From: Octopus vulgaris
Taxonomy: Eukaryota
Direction of reading: 5' to 3'
NCBI GenBank assembly: GCA_951406725.2
Contig: OX597831.1
Span: 6,200,001 to 6,264,000, forward strand
Length of the DNA: 64,000 nucleotides
Part shown: positions 13,140-24,814 of the stretch, in pieces
Numbering within the stretch: the first letter of the stretch is position 1
Layout of the letters: each line of letters opens with the position of its first letter
The notes under the pieces: model-generated
The model's input: the letters and a program-made list of their open reading frames with translations, nothing else
Database searches by the model: none
Told to the model about the DNA's origin: nothing
Made by a program: the position numbers and the translations under genes

Positions 13140-13500
13140 AAATAAACCTTGAAATTATGTTTTCAATGTTGTATTCTGGGATCCTTGTATTCCATTTCGA
13201 GTAGAGATTGAGTTTTTTTTAGTCGCCCCCAATAATCATGCCCCTCATGCTGTCTATCTTTCTTGTTATGGACCCCCAGAGTGCTTCTACTTTCATAATG
13301 AGTTGTTTCGTATGGGGGGGGGACCACAGTGGGCAACAGTACTCAAGGTGGGGTCGGGCAAAAATAGAGTAGAGAATGATCATGGTGTAGGCATCTCTAG
13401 ACCAGAAAGTTCTCAGAATCCAGGAGCACATCTTGCGAGCTAAGACAACCTTGCTGTTTACATGGGAACTCCAGCTTAGACTGTTATCAACTATTACTCC
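13140..13500 (-). mobile_element. CR1-group LINE RT C-terminal fragment
   Basis: ILRTFWSRD...LYSIFARPHLEYCCPLWSP matches the CR1/L2 RPHLEYCxxxWSP motif. Confidence 0.75.
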
Positions 13501-13509
13501 AAGATCTCA

Positions 13510-16290
13510 CAGGTTCAACTGCTAGGGTGTGACACTTTTTCACACAGCTGTCCTCATCCATTCGCAACACATGACCATACCAGCGCAGTCGTCTGTCTTG
13601 CACATCACATACGATGCTTCTTATGTCCATCTTTCCTCTTAGGGTGCTTACACTCTGTCGTGTATGCACTCTGACATTATACATCCAGCAGAACATACTG
13701 GCTTCATTCGTTGCAAGCTTACGCATGTCCTCAGCAGTCACAGCCCCTGTTTCACTGCCGTGTAGCATAGCTGTTTGCACACATGCGTCATACAGTCTAC
13801 CTTTTACTCTGAGCGGGAGGCCCTTTGTCACCAGTAGAGGTAGGAGCTCTCAGAATTTTGCCCAGGTTATTCTTATTCTAGCAGCTACACTTTCAGAGCA
13901 TCCACCCCTGCTACTGACTTAGTCACCTAGGTAACAGAAGCTATCAACTACTTCTAGTTTTTTACCCTGGAATGTGACAGAAGGTGTTCTCTGCACATTT
14001 TCAGTGTTTATTGCTCCTGAGCATTTGTCACACACAAAAACTATCTTCCCAGTTAGCTTTCCTTTGATATTACTGCACCTCTTATGTGCCAATAGCTTAT
14101 ACGGGGTACATCTTATGGAGTTTCTACCTACGCCTTTTCTACAGATCAAGCAGGGCCTTCTACCTGGAGGGATTTGTGGCTTGTCAGCCTTACTACTTAT
14201 TGAGACATTTGTTTTTGTTGGATTGACTCTAAGGCCCTCTGATTCTAGTACTTGCTTCCACACCTGAAACTTCTCCTCTAGTTCTGATACTGACTCAGAT
14301 ATTAGAGCAAGGTCATCAGTGTAGAGAAGTTCCCAGGAGCATCCTGTCTTGAATTCCTGTTATTGCCTGGAAGACTATGATGAATAAAAGGGGGCTGAGA
14401 ACTGATCCTTGGTGGACCCCTACTCCTACTCGGAATTCTTCATTATACTCATTGCCAATCCTAACCTTACTAATGGCCTCTCTGTAAAGTGCCTGTACAG
14501 CCCTTATTAACCATTCGTCAATCTCCAGTTTCCACATCGCCCACCAGATAAGGGATCTGGGGACCCTGTCAAAGACTTTCTCCAAGTCCACAAAAGATAA
14601 GTATAGGGTTTATATTTAGCTAGGTATTTCTCCTGCAGTTGTCAAACCAGGAATATGGCATCAGTGGTGCTTCTACCCGGCACAAAACCGAACTGCATCT
14701 CATCTAAGCAGACTCTCCCTAATGGGCTATGGCCCTCTCCGTGACCTTCACCACCTGATCCAGCAGTTTGATACCCCTGTAGTTGTTTCTATCTAGAGCA
14801 TCACCTTTACCCTTGTAGCAGTTGACTATGGTGCTGCTACACCAGCCATTGGTTATGACTCCATCATGAACTAACTGGTTTACAATATTGGTGACTAGGC
14901 CATAGCCCTAGATGTTTTAAGCATCTCAGCAGCGATTCCTGAGAGCCCGGGGGCTTTTCCTGGCTTCATACCCTTAATTGCTTTATCTACTAAGGAGCTG
15001 TCTAGTGGGATAGCTGGTCCTCTACTGGGTCAACATTTGGCAGGCTCTCCTCCTCCCATTCATTCTCCACATCCAGCAGTCTTTCATAATGGCTTCTCCA
15101 AGCCTCTTTCTTTTCAGAATCATTAAATGCAAGTGCACCATCATCCATGCGCACACATTTCTCTCCTGTAACATCACAATTTTCTCTCACACACAGTCTT
15201 GCAATCCAAAATACCTCAGTTCTTTGGTCCTCACGTCGCTGGACATTGGCAAACTTTTTGGCTACCTGGTATAGTTCCCTGCTACCCCTAATCTTCCAGG
15301 CGTGTTTCTTTGCTCTAATGGCTTTGTCTACCGTACTATTCCACCACCATATAACTCTCAGTCTGGAAGGGACTTTGCACCATCCACAGACTTGGTCTGT
15401 GGCACTCAGCAAGCTGTCCCATAGGAATTACCAGCTACCTTCTATGTCCGATGTCTGTAGCTCCTCCTCCCTCTCCTCAAATTTCTTGATGAGGATGTCC
15501 CTAAATCTCTGATCATGTGAAGGGTTCTTTAACTTCCAAATCCTTCTTTTTTGGATTGGTCTGCTTCTTGGTATCCTTCTGGCCTCGAGCCTAAAGTCAC
15601 TAATGACTAGCCTATGCTGGGGGGTACATCGTCACCCGGGAGGGTCTTTGTATTTAAGAGCAACCCTGTGTCCCGCTGTCTGGCGAGGATGAAGTCAATC
15701 TGGCTAGCAGAGTCCCCTGATTGATAGGTTATAAAGTGGCTGTCTGGCTTCTTGAAGTTAGTGTTGCAGATTAAAAGGTTAGATGCATCACAGAACTCCA
15801 GTAACCTAGTTCCCTCTTCATTTGGGGTGCCAATACCATGGCCACTGTGTACCCCAGTGAAGATACTAGATTCCTGCCGAACATGCCCATTAAAGTCTCC
15901 AGCCACAAAGATGAGGTCATTGACACTCGTCTTTGAGGTAGCCTGTAGAAGGATATCATAAAAGTGGTCCTTCTGATCATTTAGTAGCCCTGCATGTAGG
16001 GCATAGGCGGAGATAATTGTAGCTGTGCTGTTCTGCGGGACTAGCCTGAGCTTAAGCACTTTATCGCATACCCTAACAGCCCATACCCCCTACACTATCC
16101 ATGTTATCTTGTCAGAAGACTTTAAACCTATGTGCCTTGCCTGTGAGGACCCTAGCTGAAGCTCTTCATTTTATCTCTTGTATGCAGCACACATCAACCC
16201 GTCTCCTTTCAAACATCTCTACAATCTCACTAGACCTACCTTTCAGTGTGCCAACATTGACAGTGCCAACTCTGAAAACTGGCAAGGGAA
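13510..16290 (-). mobile_element. RTE-clade LINE, near full-length ORF remnant (APE endonuclease + RT)
   Basis: EN motifs GTVNVGTLKGR, DVCCIQE, AGDFNGHV, SQIDFIL; RT motifs DLEKVFDRVPR, GVHQGSVLSPLLF; Cys-rich CLICRKGVGRNSIRC insert; RRLRWYGHVLRM; frameshifted. Confidence 0.92.
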
Positions 16291-16463
16291 TGTGGAGTAA
16301 GATACATATGTATATATATATACATATATATACATCTAAAAAATTTAGATTCAGATGAATGTGGTACTTAAGTTGAGGCACCAGAATATAGTACGATATT
16401 ATCCATACAATTTCAAAATAAGTTGATTGAAATCAAAATAAGCAACAAGGGTATCCAGAGGTA

Positions 16464-16557
16464 ATGCAGTACGATCGTTTCATGCGACTCCATTTAATTG
16501 AATAATGCAATCATTTCATTACATCAATTTAAAATGTAGAACAATCTTCAGCTGCAC
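16464..16557 (-). ncRNA. Type I hammerhead ribozyme with intact catalytic core and long stem II region
   Basis: Minus strand gtgcag-CTGAAGA-(about 63 nt)-GAAA-cgatcg-TA-ctgcat: 5-6 bp stem I, palindromic stem III acgatcgt, GUA cleavage triplet; lies between (TA)n tracts. Confidence 0.7.
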
Positions 16558-16675
16558 AAAGACATAGAATTTAATTAAAATTAAATTAGATGGACACATT
16601 AGTATAATTTTACCCAAAATCTTCAAGAGGATAAGGAGATAGACAAAGAACATGTTTTACCAACAGCATCATAGT

Positions 16676-16733
<58 letters not shown>

Positions 16734-16794
16734 GTAAATCCCAAAAAAGAAGAAAAAACGTGAAGACAGAGGAAGAAAATCGCCAAAAATAGGC

Positions 16795-17668
16795 GTAGGA
16801 GCGGCTGTGTGGTAAGTAGCTTGCTTACGAACCACATGGTTCCAGGTTCAGTCCCACTGCATAGCATCTTGGGCAAGTGTCTTCTACTACAGCCTCAGGC
16901 CGACCAAAGCCTTGTGAATGGATTTGGTAGATGGAAACTGAAAGAAGCCCGTTGTATATATGTGTGTGTGTGTGTGTGTTTGTCCCACCAACATCGCTTG
17001 ACAACTGATGCTGTTGTGTTTATGTCCCTGTAACACTTAGCGGTTCAGCAAAAGAGACCAATAGAATAAGTACTAGGCTAACAAAGAATAAGTCCTGGGG
17101 TCAATTTGTTCGACTAAAGGCGGTGCTCCAGCATGGCCGCAGTCAAATGACTAAAACAAGTAAAAGAATAAAAGAACAATTCACATGTGGTTATACACAC
17201 ACACACACGTGTATGTATGTATGTATGTATGTATGTATGTATGTATGTATGTATGTATGTATGTATGTATGTATGTATGTGTGTATAGGTACAAGAGTGG
17301 CTGTGTGGTAAGAAGCTGGCTTCCCAACCACATGGTTCTAGGTTCAGTCCCACTGCATGGGCAAGTGTGTTCTACTATAGCCTCAGGCCAACCAAAGCCT
17401 TGTGAGTGGATTTGGAAGATGGAAACTGAAAGAAGCTTGTTGTATGTATACAGATAGATAAATAGATATGTATGAATTTGTGTGTCAGTGTTTGTCCCCA
17501 CCACCATCACTTGACAACTGATGTTGGTGTGTTTATGTCCCCATAACATAGCAGTCCAGCAAAATAGACTGATAAAATAAGGACTAGGTTTACAAAGAAT
17601 AAGTCTTGGGATTCAACTAAAAGCGGTGCTCCAGCATGGCTGCAGTCAAAAGACTGGAACAAGTAGAA
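16795..17668 (+). mobile_element. Two tandem SINE family A copies separated by (TATG)n
   Basis: Copies at about 16795-17175 and 17293-17668 are co-linear with 8728-9120. Confidence 0.85.
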
Positions 17669-17818
17669 GAAAGAATATACCCTGGCCAAAATAAGTTTAA
17701 GACCAATGATGACAGTTCTATTCCTTCATTAATTTATTTTTAACAAAACTGTATAAAATTAATTTACTTTTTACAGTTTATGTTGAACTTTTTTCTCTAT
17801 TGAATGATATTGAAAGAA

Positions 17819-18050
17819 GGCGGCGAGCTGGCAGAAATGTTAGCACACCGGGCGAAATGCGTTGCCGTATTTCATCTACCGTTACGTTCCGAGTTCAAAT
17901 TCCGCCGAGGTCGACTTTGCCTTTCATCCTTCCAGGGTCGATAAATTAAGTACCAGTTACGCACTGGGGTAGATGTAATCGACTTAATACCTATGTCTGT
18001 CCTTGTTTGTCTCCTCTGTGTTTAGCCCCTTGTGGGTAATAAAGAAATAT
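17819..18050 (+). mobile_element. SINE family B inserted in the left TIR of the Tc1 element
   Basis: ggcggcgagctggcagaa...gagttcaaattccgccgaggtcgactttgcctttcatcct...aagtaccag; the central part resembles the MetaSINE-type domain (from recall). Confidence 0.8.
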
Positions 18051-19407
18051 AGATATAGGTATTATATATCTTTGTACAATTTGAATAATTTTAATGCGCA
18101 ATTAATTCAAATGATTAAGATTGTTGGCAAAATAAGTTTAAGACCAAACCAACATTATTTTGTTTAAATTGAAAATTTATGGCACAAATGATCAACGAAC
18201 AAAAATTTATTAATAGTATCCGGTTCCAAAGCCATTATTTTCAATTACGGCCTTACAACAATGGGACATGGAGTTTGACAAGTGAGCACAAAAATTACTT
18301 GGAATGTTCTGCCATATTTCTTCAATAAAATTATATAATTGGGACAAATTTGTTGGTTTTTTTTTAGCATGAACTCTTTTAGAAACATAATTCCTTAAAT
18401 TCTCTATAAGATTCTGAGGAGGCCACTCAACAACCACCATATTATTGCGCTCAAAATATTGCAAAACTTTCCTAGCCTTATGAACGGGGCAATCGTCCTG
18501 CTGGAAAATAGATCCCGGTGGCATCTGATTATTTAAATATGGCAGCACATTTTCATTTACTAATTGCAGATAGCCAACACTGTTCAGTCTGCCATCAACT
18601 TTAACAATTGGACCAATACCTAAGCTGCTGAATGTGGCCTACATCATTCCCCCACCCCACCTCCTGTTTGCACCGTTTTCTTGACACGCTTTAGGTGGAT
18701 GGCATCTAAGATAAGTCTTTCCATCTGATCTAAAGATGCAGAAGCGTGATTTGTCACTCCAAAGAACTTTTGACCAGTCTTTCGCTATCCATTCAATATG
18801 GCTTTTAGCAAACTTGATCTGCTTCCACCGGTTCATCTCAGAGATGACCGGTTTCTTTTGAGTGATCCGGCCAACAGCCCAAATTCTTTTAAGTGGTTTC
18901 TAACAATTTGTGGTATAAAGCTGATGTCAGATAATTACTTGCAAATGTCCACTGCTGTTAGCATTCGGTTACCTTCAGAGAGCCTATGATTTGGTCAATC
19001 CAGCTGTACTGTTGTTTTCCTTGGAGCGCCCATTCTTTGCCAATCTTTGTATTGGTCAGTGGCTTGGTAAAGCTTCCATGCTTGAACACAAGCCATTTTG
19101 GTGCATCTTAATTGCTTGTTCATGAAGAACACATTTTGCTGATGAAGCAACATGATCTTTGATTTAGTAACTGGGCCGATACTATGATGCTTTCCCTTAG
19201 CAAATCAATGTGTAACAATATGCGATTATTAAACAAAAGAGTGCAATAAATCCATTTGGTTTATTAATTTGCATAATCTTGGTACAATCTTAAACTTATT
19301 TTGCTAACAATTTTTAAACATTTGAATTAATTGCGCATTAAAATTATTGAAATTGTAGAAAGATATAAAATGCCTGTATCATTTGAAAGAGAAAAAGATT
19401 CTACATA

Positions 19408-19803
19408 TACTCTTTTACTTGTTTCAGTCATTTGACTGCGGCCATGCTGGAGCACCGCCTTTAGTCGAGCAACTCGACCCCGGGACTTATTCTTTTCGTA
19501 AGCCCAGTACTTATTCTATCGGTCTCTTTTTGCCGAACCGCTAAGTGACGGGGATGTAAACACACCAGCATCGGTTGTTAAGCAATGCTAGGGGAACACA
19601 CACAGACACACAAACACACACACATACATATATATACATATATATACGACAGGCTTCTTTCAGTTTCCGTCTACCAAATCCACTCACAAGGCATTGGTCG
19701 GCCCGAGGCTATAGCAGAAGACACTTGCCGAAGGTGCCACGCAGTGGGACTGAACCCGGAACCATGTGGTTGGTTAGCAAGCTACTTACCACACAGCAAC
19801 TCC
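19408..19803 (-). mobile_element. SINE family A inserted in the right TIR of the Tc1 element
   Basis: Full-length reverse complement of the family A sequence. Confidence 0.85.
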
Positions 19804-19909
19804 TTTTACATATATGGTAAAAAGTAAAATAATTCTATACAGTTTTGTTAAAAATATATTAATGAAGGAACAGAACTGTCATCATTGGTCTTAAACTTAT
19901 TTTGGCCAG

Positions 19910-19992
<83 letters not shown>

Positions 19993-21499
19993 TATATACA
20001 TATATAATTTATACAAATTTTGTGTGTGTCATTATCATCATAAATACTGGAGACAACATCATATATATCCCAAGAATACATATGAGTAATTATTATCCCC
20101 AAATGAATATAGCATAAGATTTTTTAAAAACTTTACTTGTAACAGCTTTTTAATTGACATCCATAAAAGTTAAACAAAGTATTTTTTAAAAGTCACATTT
20201 TCCACATTTTGATGACCATAAATTCCATACGTTACTTGTCTTATAATCCATACTTTGGCAATCACAAGCTAGTTGTCATATAATCCATTCTGTCATTCAT
20301 CCTTATGTAATCCATGTGGTCTGGAAAAGTTTTTTCATCCATTAAGAATGAATTTTGATGTTATCATTCTCATTTTGAATATATTTCAAATTTCATTTGT
20401 TGTCCGAACAAAGAACACAATTAGAATGTGTAAATGTCAGCTAGAAAATACAAATTAGTGAAGACAACTCATTTGTATGTTGGATCAGCAATTTAGTTGC
20501 AATGTTCCTTTTTAATGTAGTTGATAAATTACAGCATTATGTGTTAATATATTTTCAATAAAGAGTAACTAACTTACAGAGCCTATAATTTATAGGTACC
20601 TACTATTATAACTTTTTCATGGAAGTAGAGAACATGTTTATTAGCTTGTTTTATTCTTGCAACGAGAAAAGTGTCCAGTAATAAATATTTTCCCCTAGTC
20701 CTTATACAAGCTCATATCATTTTTCATTTCTTTCTGATACCTTATTCCTTGTGATTTCAGTTTGAAGAGAAATAGATGAGAATGCTCGATATATTTTCTT
20801 TAAAACTGAAGAAGAAATCTTTGAAAAGAAAGTAAATTCAAAACGGATTAAAGTAGAACGGATTAAAATATGAACATGCATTCATTGAGCCATGAGGAAT
20901 TAAAATTTTTTTTTTTCTGCATACAAAAAAATTTTTCTTCGAAGGTCAATTAATATTCTTCCAGTATTCATTTCACTATTCTACCGTTCTGAGTTGAAAT
21001 CTTGTCGGAGTTGACTTTTCTTTTTACCTGCTGAGATCATTAAGATAAAGACCAATATATGTGGGGAAATGAAATTGACTTTCTCTTTCCTGCAAAAGTC
21101 CCTCTTGCATCTAAAGAAACCTACTATTGGTGTTAATCCAATAATAATAAATCAAAAGATTTTACCATAGAAATTGATATCAAATTTGTTTTCCTCATGA
21201 GTTAAGAGAATTAAAATATTTTACATTGTAACTATTAAGTAGAATAGGAGAGGATTGCAGTCCGCTTGAAGCATTGTGTAGAATGTTTTTTTGACCATGG
21301 ATTGATGAAAAACCCCAAGAATTTTTATGTTCTTTCCAAATTGCGAGAGCTATGATAGGAAAGTGTGAAAATTCTCTGAAGAAAAAGTCGAATATTTCAC
21401 TGCTTGGAGTGATATATCCTTCTAGCTATTCTGTACAAACTTCAAAGAAAATATCAAGACTTTCCCAATATTACTTATGATATAAAATACCTTGTTTAA

Positions 21500-22310
21500 T
21501 TTTTGAAGGAAATTCTAGGGGTTTCCCTGTTTTATTCATACCAAACGTTGAAGAAAATACATTGAACTACCATTTATTCAACTCTCCGAATTTCAATGGT
21601 GATTTCTGAGATTCTTCATATCATAATTAACCTTTGAAGGAAAAACTAATGATTTTCTAGTATTATTCCTTTTAAACTGTGAAGGAAGCTTTTGAACTTT
21701 CCATATATTATTCTGCTTCAAGGGTGCTTTTTGATATTTCTTCATGTTACCCTTCAAAGGAAATATTAATGATTTCCCAGTGTTATTTCTTTTATACTGT
21801 GAAGGAACCTTCTTAACTTTCCACTGCTCTCCAAATTTCAAGGGTGCTTTTTGATATTTCTTCATGTTACCCTTCAAAGGAAATATTAATGATTTCCTAG
21901 TGTTATTTCTTTTAAACTGTGAAGGAAACCTCTTCAGTTTCTTCTGCTCTCCAAATTTCAAGGGTGCATTTCGGTATTTCTTCATGTTATAGTTACCCTT
22001 TGAAGGAAACCTTAATGATTTCCCAGTGTTATTTCTTTTATACTGTGAAGGAACCTTCTTAACTTTCCACTGCTCTCCAAATTTCAAGGCTGCTTTTTGA
22101 TATTTCTCCATTTTACCCTTTAAAGGAAATATTAATGATTTCCTAGTGTTATTTTTTTTAAACTGTGAGGGAAACCTCTTAACTTTCCACTGCTCTCCAA
22201 ATTTCAAGGGTATTTTTTGTGATTTCTCCATGTTACTCTTTGAAGGAAACATCAATGATTTCCCAGTGTTATTACTTTTATTATTCTGCTCTCCAAATTT
22301 TAAGGGAAAT
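21500..22310 (-). repeat. Coding tandem repeat with 120/126-nt units
   Basis: Homologous anchor positions at 22197, 22077, 21951, 21831, 21711 and 21586 give spacings of 120, 126, 120, 120 and 125. Confidence 0.9.
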
Positions 22311-22744
22311 TTCAGAGGTTTCGTCTTGTCTTTTTTATAAAACGACCTCCACGTATCGTTCTTGTTAGTCTTCGAAGTCGGGAATATGATTGTTTTATTT
22401 TGTCCAGATTCCGACAGAAAACCCATTCTTTTCTCGTCGGCCCATGATCGCTTCAGAGGTTTTGCGAAAGGCGTAACTTTTCCTTCTTCAATCTTACGTT
22501 TCAATTCAATATATTTATCTCGTCTATGTGCTTCTCTATCAAAATATTTCACACGATTCATACTAATTTTGCCTTTAAAGTCCTGACCACTCGACAATTT
22601 ATACATTCGGTTCACTTTCTCGCGAATTAAATAATTATTCGCAAAATATCCGTAGGTCATGGCTAAACTAACAAGAACAACAGAGAATATTACAAGAATA
22701 TAAAAAGCTTTGATGCTCGTAAGACTGTAGGATTTTCTAGACAT
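21593..22744 (-). CDS. Type II membrane or secreted Lys-rich tandem-repeat protein (383 aa), C-terminally truncated by a frameshift; possible recent pseudogene
   Basis: aaaATG start; basic N-tail MSRK; hydrophobic FYILVIFSVVLVSLAMTYGYFA; about 6 repeats of PLKFGEQWKVKKxPSQxKRNNTxKSLIFPxKGNMKKYQKA; 1.15 kb open frame in AT-rich DNA. Confidence 0.7.
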   Translation of the reverse strand: MSRKSYSLTSIKAFYILVIFSVVLVSLAMTYGYFANNYLIREKVNRMYKLSSGQDFKGKISMNRVKYFDREAHRRDKYIELKRKIEEGKVTPFAKPLKRSWADEKRMGFLSESGQNKTIIFPTSKTNKNDTWRSFYKKDKTKPLKFPLKFGEQNNKSNNTGKSLMFPSKSNMEKSQKIPLKFGEQWKVKRFPSQFKKNNTRKSLIFPLKGKMEKYQKAALKFGEQWKVKKVPSQYKRNNTGKSLRFPSKGNYNMKKYRNAPLKFGEQKKLKRFPSQFKRNNTRKSLIFPLKGNMKKYQKAPLKFGEQWKVKKVPSQYKRNNTGKSLIFPLKGNMKKYQKAPLKQNNIWKVQKLPSQFKRNNTRKSLVFPSKVNYDMKNLRNHH

Positions 22745-23199
22745 TTTTAAATGGACAATTCAACATCAACAGCAAAAGGTAACAGAGATTTAGTTTTAAA
22801 AAGTCAACTTCAAATTAAAAACGGATTAAAGTAGATAAAGCCGATAGTATTACTCACATGTTTTGCAGAAGTAAGTCTATGTAGGTTAGAAATGAAATCT
22901 TATTTACAGATAATGTGGAGAAGTATGTGAACAAACACCAATACCTGTGTGTGTGTGAATAAATATATATTATATGTATGTATATATATATTTATATGTG
23001 TATGTACAGGGTAGAAGAGTAGGTACGTCGACTGCTGGCTAGTTTTTATTTACTTGAGATAATATATCAGTGAACAATGAAACAGGCGGCAGTCAATAAC
23101 GAAATAGAAACAAAGTAACTAGAGCTTGATCTGGCGTTAAGAAGGCGGGGTCCGTAGGTTCGAGTTCGGTTTACGTACACAAGCACGTGTAAGCAGGCA

Positions 23200-23552
23200 T
23201 GTATGCATGCATGTAGATGTATGCATACATACATACATACATACACACATACATACATAAATACATACACACACATACATACATACATAAATACATACAT
23301 ACATACACACATACATGCATACATACACACACATACACACATAAATACATATACACATACATACATACATACATACATACACACATACATACATACATAC
23401 ATACACACACATACATACATGCACATACATACATACACACACATACATACATACATACATACATACATACATACATACATACATACATACATACATACAT
23501 ACATACATACATACATACATACATACATACACACACACACATACATACATAC
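23200..23552. repeat. (CATA)n microsatellite
   Basis: Seen directly; source of the spurious MYVC/HTYI ORFs. Confidence 0.95.
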
Positions 23553-23909
23553 TAACAAACAAAAAATACCCTATTGTTCATTTTGAAAATCCAACGAAGG
23601 AGGCTTGAATCTAGGTTAGAAACCGGTTCTCTTCTCTAATGGCAGGAAATCTTGAAATAAACTTAATGACCTACATACCCCAAGCAGATAAATCTTTCGC
23701 CTTCTACTATATATATATATAAAAGGGGGATGGCCGGTTTATGAGATTACCTTAGGTTTCCCGTCCATAAAGAGTTTAGCTTTATGGTGTATCGTCTCAT
23801 CCCTAAAACCTGTTGCTCCATAACCTCTTAAATATATATATATTTTAATATATACAGCTTTACATCTTAAGCATGTGCTTCCTCTTTTGGGATTTGGATT
23901 TTCTAAAAA

Positions 23910-23990
<81 letters not shown>

Positions 23991-23996
<6 letters not shown>

Positions 23997-24298
23997 AAAT
24001 TAGAGATAAAACCACTATTAGGCAAATCAAACAATGAAAAACTTAAGCCAATACATAAAATTAATTAATTTATATTATTTTAAATATATATCAAAAGTAT
24101 TAAAAGTTTTAATACTTTTGATATATATTTAAAATAATATAAATTAATTAATCTTATGTATTAAAGTATTAAAGTATTAAAAGTTTTAATACTTTTGATA
24201 TATATTTAAAATAATATAAATTAATTAATCTTATGTATTGGCTTAAGTTTTTCATTGTTTGATTTGCCTAATAGTGGTTTTATCTCTAATTTAATATA
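23991..24298. repeat. Fold-back inverted repeat following a (TA)n tract, with an internal duplication
   Basis: tatattaaattagagataaaaccactattaggcaaatcaaac... / ...gtttgatttgcctaatagtggttttatctctaatttaatata. Confidence 0.9.
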
Positions 24299-24454
24299 AT
24301 ATATTTTACTATAAAATTGGATTCAATCCTAAATCTGATTTTTCCCTGTAAGTTTGGATTTATTCCCTAATATTTTATTATATATGTATATATATATATG
24401 TGTATGTATGTATGTATGTATGTATGTATGTATGTATGTATGTATGTATGTATG

Positions 24455-24488
<34 letters not shown>

Positions 24489-24567
24489 TGTATGTATGTA
24501 TGTATGTATGTATTTCGTTTTTGGATTTGGTTTGCAAGATTCTTTACATGAGTCCGTGTGTTGAAGC

Positions 24568-24814
24568 ATATTCTGTTGTGTCTGGGGAGAGTAATTTTCT
24601 TTTTGTGCCTTGTAATGTAACACACTCACCGGTAAAATTTCCATTTTTTTCTTATTTTTATTGTCCTAAAATTTTCGTTTATTGAAACGGTTGCAAGACA
24701 CAACGAAAATTTTAGGACAATAAAAATAAGAAAAAAAGTGGAAATTTTACAGGTGAGTGTGTTACATTACAAGGCACAAAAAGAAAATGACTCTCCCCAG
24801 ACACAACAGAATAT
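24568..24814. repeat. Fold-back inverted repeat, PLE terminal-repeat-like; related single arm at about 1840-1990
   Basis: Arms of about 110 bp, atattctgttgtgtctggggagagt... / ...actctccccagacacaacagaatat, followed by (TA)n. Confidence 0.85.

Larger units (their letters stand above)
17678..19913 (-). mobile_element. Tc1/mariner DNA transposon of IR/DR type with decayed DD34E transposase
   Basis: Long TIRs (ctggccaaaataagtttaagaccaatgatgacagttct... and its reverse complement at 19817-19910); inner direct repeats at about 18124 and 19290; transposase motifs KVLWSDKSRF, IFQQDDCPVH, EWPPQ-NLIENL (SPDL deleted); TA-rich ends. Confidence 0.9.

Noticed and set aside
20135-20440. Downstream catalytic exon (for example sulfotransferase-like) for the repeat protein; similar exon-like stretches at 7983-8640
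   Set aside because: Splice-like signals exist, but all frames contain early stops and I could not identify a convincing motif.
21593-22310. Repeated PLKFG as an RFamide-like neuropeptide precursor
   Set aside because: The Gly is followed by EQ, not by a basic cleavage site, so amidated PLKF peptides are not predicted.
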